Assembly: GCF_009834535.1 (NCBI RefSeq)
Contig: NC_045697.1
Coordinates: 22,508,001-22,572,000 of the forward strand
Direction of reading: 5' to 3'
From: Camelus ferus
Lineage: Eukaryota
DNA: 64,000 bases
Below are positions 62,422-64,000 of the stretch, in pieces. Position 1 is the first letter of the stretch. The number at the start of each line of letters is the position of its first letter. Position numbers and translations under genes: made by a program. Under the pieces are notes generated by a model that worked only from the letters and a program-made list of their open reading frames with translations, ran no database searches and was not told the DNA's origin.

Positions 62422-62814
62422 TGTGTCAGTTTGGGTCTTTTAAGGAGCCAACACCAGATGGATTAAATATGGAAAAGATTAATTGGGTGAAGTGCCTGTG
62501 AAGAATAAGGGGGAAGAAGCCAGGTGAGTTTTCTGGTATGATGCAAGTCTGACATCTTTGAAGAAGGAAGGGAAAGAAGGCAGACTGGGTATTAAGTTTT
62601 GGACTACAGTATAGTACCAAGAGAGGTTCACAGAAGCAGGCAAATAAGTGTGTGCTTGAGCCAAAGCTGCCTCATTTGGGGAGAGTGGGCCCACCACACT
62701 TAGTCCCCGGCTGAGAGCACCTTGACGGAACAGTCTGAGCTTGAAAATAGTCAGGATGTCAATTACATTGACTGCAGCAAGAGACCTACCTGGTGCATTT
62801 TGATGGTTGCCAAA
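62422..62814 (-). mobile_element. ERVL solo LTR (LTR16A-like)
   Basis: TGTGTCAGTTTGGGTC ... GCCTGTGAAGAATAAGGGG ... GATGCAAGTCTGACA ... GAGCCAAAGCTGCC ... ATGGTTGCCAAA. Confidence 0.8.
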
Positions 62815-63497
62815 ATCTTCAAAGAATGAAAGATGGTATTTTTCAAATAAAACTTCAGGACAATGTGATATCTGTAAACAGGTGTGTGAATCATGCTCTA
62901 TCCATTTCCTTACCTGGTGCACACAGATGCGTGGGTGGCAGGGTAGGAGGCAAAGAATGGAGTGCAGGAGGGGAATGCTGATGCAGGGGTCTCAGAAGAC
63001 AGGCTTCAAAAGCCCATGTCTCGTTCAGCTCTGCAGGCACTAGTTCTGGTCAAATTCAAGGAAGAAGGAGTAACTGAAAGGGAGATCTTAGTTCAGGGAG
63101 TCCAAAATGTTTTCTTAAACCACAAGAGGGCCAAGTCAGAAACAAGTTGCAAAACACAGAGATTGAAATGAGATGATTCTCAGACCCAAGAGCAATGGGT
63201 CCATGGGGCAACTGGGACAACACTGGTGAGCTTGGGATGGTTGGGCATAAAGAACTCCAGTTTTTGCAAGTCAATTGCATGTTAAGGGGCAAGGACATAA
63301 TGAAAAGAGAAAATGGAAGACTCTATTTAAATTCAGATTTGTTCTGGAAGAATCTGATGCATGGTATATATAACACCTTCAATGTTTGTGACTCACACTA
63401 ACTCTTGATAAATGTTGAACATTTGAGGTTACTTCCAACATGTTTAATAATATCGAAATATGAGTTCATGGTGTAAATATACACATACATACAGACT

Positions 63498-63500
<3 letters not shown>

Positions 63501-63555
<55 letters not shown>
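63501..63555. repeat. (AT)27 perfect microsatellite
   Basis: Read directly from the sequence. Confidence 0.97.
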
Positions 63556-63558
<3 letters not shown>

Positions 63559-64000
63559 GGACTAACTTCTCCCCTGAAATTCTATCCCTTCCATCTCAGC
63601 TTTGTGTCTTCCTAAGGTCACTCATCTTTGCAAGACTTTCCACCCCCCAATCTAATGCTTTACCAATTATTCGTTGACAGGGATTTACTATCACCTGTGG
63701 TCAGAGGAGATGCACAGTACTTCTTGTTGCTATTCCTCCCAGGGAACCAACCACATTCTGTTAGGCTATTTCTGGAGTCTCAAAACATTCTTTTAAGATC
63801 CAAAGGGAAGACTCTCAAATGAGCAAATGATCTGTGTTTCGCATCCAGCGTGAATCATGTGAGATTAAGTTGTGACCCTAGAAACCGCTGCTGATTTGTG
63901 CTATGATCTTGCCTTCAATCTTTTAAGGAAAAAAATAAGTTAACTTGCAAATGCAGTTTTAAACCACTTATGGTTAAACAAAAGTAAACACACAAAAATT

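Noticed and set aside
62479..62922. 147-aa minus-strand ORF
   Set aside because: It mostly overlaps an LTR16A-like element and has no protein-family motif.
1..64000. Protein-coding host exons, rRNA, CRISPR arrays or prokaryote-type systems
   Set aside because: The sequence is eutherian repeat-rich non-coding DNA. I found no splice-bounded frame with recognisable protein similarity, no repeat-spacer array and no operon-like ORF density. Short exons could still be missed by eye.

Overview
AT-rich, CpG-poor mammalian non-coding DNA (gene desert or large intron), most likely from a camelid. This rests on one tRNA-Ala-derived Vic-1-type SINE and an artiodactyl-type Tigger2 MITE; I recognised no Alu, Bov-tA, BovB or PRE-1. 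I found no intact protein-coding gene. The only ORFs with recognisable protein motifs are decayed transposon products: a retroviral integrase core, a hAT transposase and an L1 ORF2 C-terminus. A large part of the window is recognisable transposable elements: Charlie1, a 3'-truncated class I ERV provirus (LTR, PBS, gag and integrase remnants, nested L1), a near full-length Charlie5 with 8-bp TSDs, MaLR/ERVL/ERV1 solo LTRs, MER2, MER58, L1, L2 and MIR. The repeat-poor blocks carry enhancer-like motif clusters. The best leads are a GC-rich foreign insert in an old L1 carrying a textbook 43-nt cassette exon, a 30-bp composite motif repeated in two unique blocks 7.7 kb apart, a T-box/MEIS homotypic cluster, a C/D-box-like 80-mer, an unusually CpG-rich old MaLR LTR and an unassigned ~104-bp foldback element. 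Repeat family names come from my recollection of consensus sequences, not from a database search, and boundaries of old repeats are approximate.
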